Below are positions 62,534 through 64,000 of a DNA stretch of 64,000 nucleotides, one piece after another. Both the position numbers and the translations under genes were made by a program. This stretch comes from Eledone cirrhosa (lineage: Eukaryota): positions 14,074,001 through 14,138,000 of the forward strand of contig OZ024747.1 of the NCBI GenBank assembly GCA_964016885.1, read 5' to 3'. The notes under the pieces were generated by a model. It did no database searches. It worked only from the letters and a program-made list of their open reading frames with translations, and had not been told where the DNA came from. Positions within the stretch are counted from its first letter, which is position 1. Each line of letters begins with the position of its first letter.

Positions 62534-63772
62534 ATTCCATTCGTGGGACGTAGGCGGACTAGGTAGCGAGAGACCTTGATAGTCATTATACTTACTATGC
62601 ACCATGAATAGAATAAAACATACCAAAAAACTTCAAACAAGACGAAAAACGAAGCAATAATAATAAGAATCCTTGTCTATTTTTTTAATGTATTCTTTGT
62701 ATATTCAATTCTTTTCATGGGACAGATGAGAACAAGGGAATGAGGTTCTTGATAGTTGTACTGACTGTGTAAGAAACAAACATTGTTGATGGATTTGTTC
62801 TATTAAATATAATATATAAAAATAAAAGAATTGGATGATTTTCAACAAAATAAAGCAAAAACTAGAACAAAAACAACAAACTCCCTCCAAAATAATAACA
62901 ACAACAACAACAAACAAAAAAGAAAGCATTTCTCAAAAGAAACCGGACTCCACAAGCAAAAAACTGTTGCCAAATGCACAAACATCTAACACATTCGATC
63001 CCAGTAAAAAACGTACATTACCAGGCAGGGTATTGGTAGTGACAGCGGTGTGAAATCACAGGCCTATCCTTTTCTTTGTTTAACACAAAAATTCTAAATG
63101 AAAAAAGATAGCTTGAGCTAACAAGATAACTACACCCTGAGACAGTCATAACAACAGTGGTAGCAACACTGTTTTTGTTGTAAAAAGAGAGGAGTAGTAT
63201 GAGGTAGTCATAACAATAGTGGTAGCAGCACAAATTTTGTTATAAAGAAAGAGGATATTAGGGATACATTTTAGGAGTGTTGTAACACCGTCTTTTCCGA
63301 GATCAACAGAACAGCTAACATACTATAATTATACGTGTGTGTTGGTAACTTAGATCTGCTAGAAATAGGAGACAAATATCCAGAAATCACACTATATAGT
63401 TATATATAAAACAGGATGGGAACGTTGGAGAATGTAGGTCTATATATATACACACAATGCAGGGGAGAAAGTCAAGACGATCAGCTTGTTTATCTGTTTA
63501 CCAACACAACTGTCTACTGAATTATGTGCCGATTAAAGATTAAAGATGTTTATCGATTTACAGAGAAATTCGTATTTTCTAGCATGTTTACATGCTTAGT
63601 TATTAGATATATGTATATATTTATACTAGTTGGTGCAGTCTCGGTTACACAATCTGTATATATACAGATATAACTGTATGCACTCCAGCTGCTAGCCGAG
63701 CAAACCAGACCCATTCAAGCATGGAAAAGCGGACGTAAAATGATAATCGGTATGGTGTGGTATATAGATTTA

Positions 63773-63832
63773 TATTTCTGATGATCTAATTGGCAGTTAT
63801 ATTTTTGCAACTAGTGAAACGGGCGTAAAATG
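63773..63832 (+). ncRNA. Type I hammerhead ribozyme, slightly degenerate
   Basis: tattt CTGATGA t-ctaattggca...tgcaactag-t GAAA cgggcg TA aaatg. Confidence 0.65.
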
Positions 63833-64000
63833 AATACCTGATTTTATCCCACATTTATGTTTAGTTCAATATTATTTAAATTAATAATTGTTTCTACTTT
63901 AGGCACAAGGCCAGCAAATTACCCAGTGCATTACTGGTACTTTATTTTATCGACCCCGTAAGGATGAAAGGTAAAGTTAACTTCGGCGGGATTCGAACTC

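Overview
AT-rich eukaryotic DNA dominated by (TA)n/(CA)n/(GA)n microsatellites and tRNA-headed SINEs. The repeat landscape suggests a cephalopod (Octopus-like) genome, which is an inference. Nearly all ORFs in the supplied track are microsatellite artefacts. Real coding content is limited to the last two exons of a UGGT gene (+ strand, 3978-4158 and 13305-13324, ending in the ER-retrieval signal KTEL), a decayed Chapaev3-type DNA transposon (32670-34393, TTA TSD) and fragments of RTE, L1/Tx1 and mariner elements. The main hidden signal lies in 22-64 kb. There, roughly ten unrelated short repeat families, most embedded in (TA)n tracts, each carry a minimal type I hammerhead ribozyme (CUGANGA...GAAA-palindrome-UH). 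Several are arranged as long fold-back palindromes and share a covarying bulged hairpin in the 3' tail. They look like ORF-less remnants or non-autonomous derivatives of Penelope-like retroelements. All structures were read by eye and need computational confirmation.
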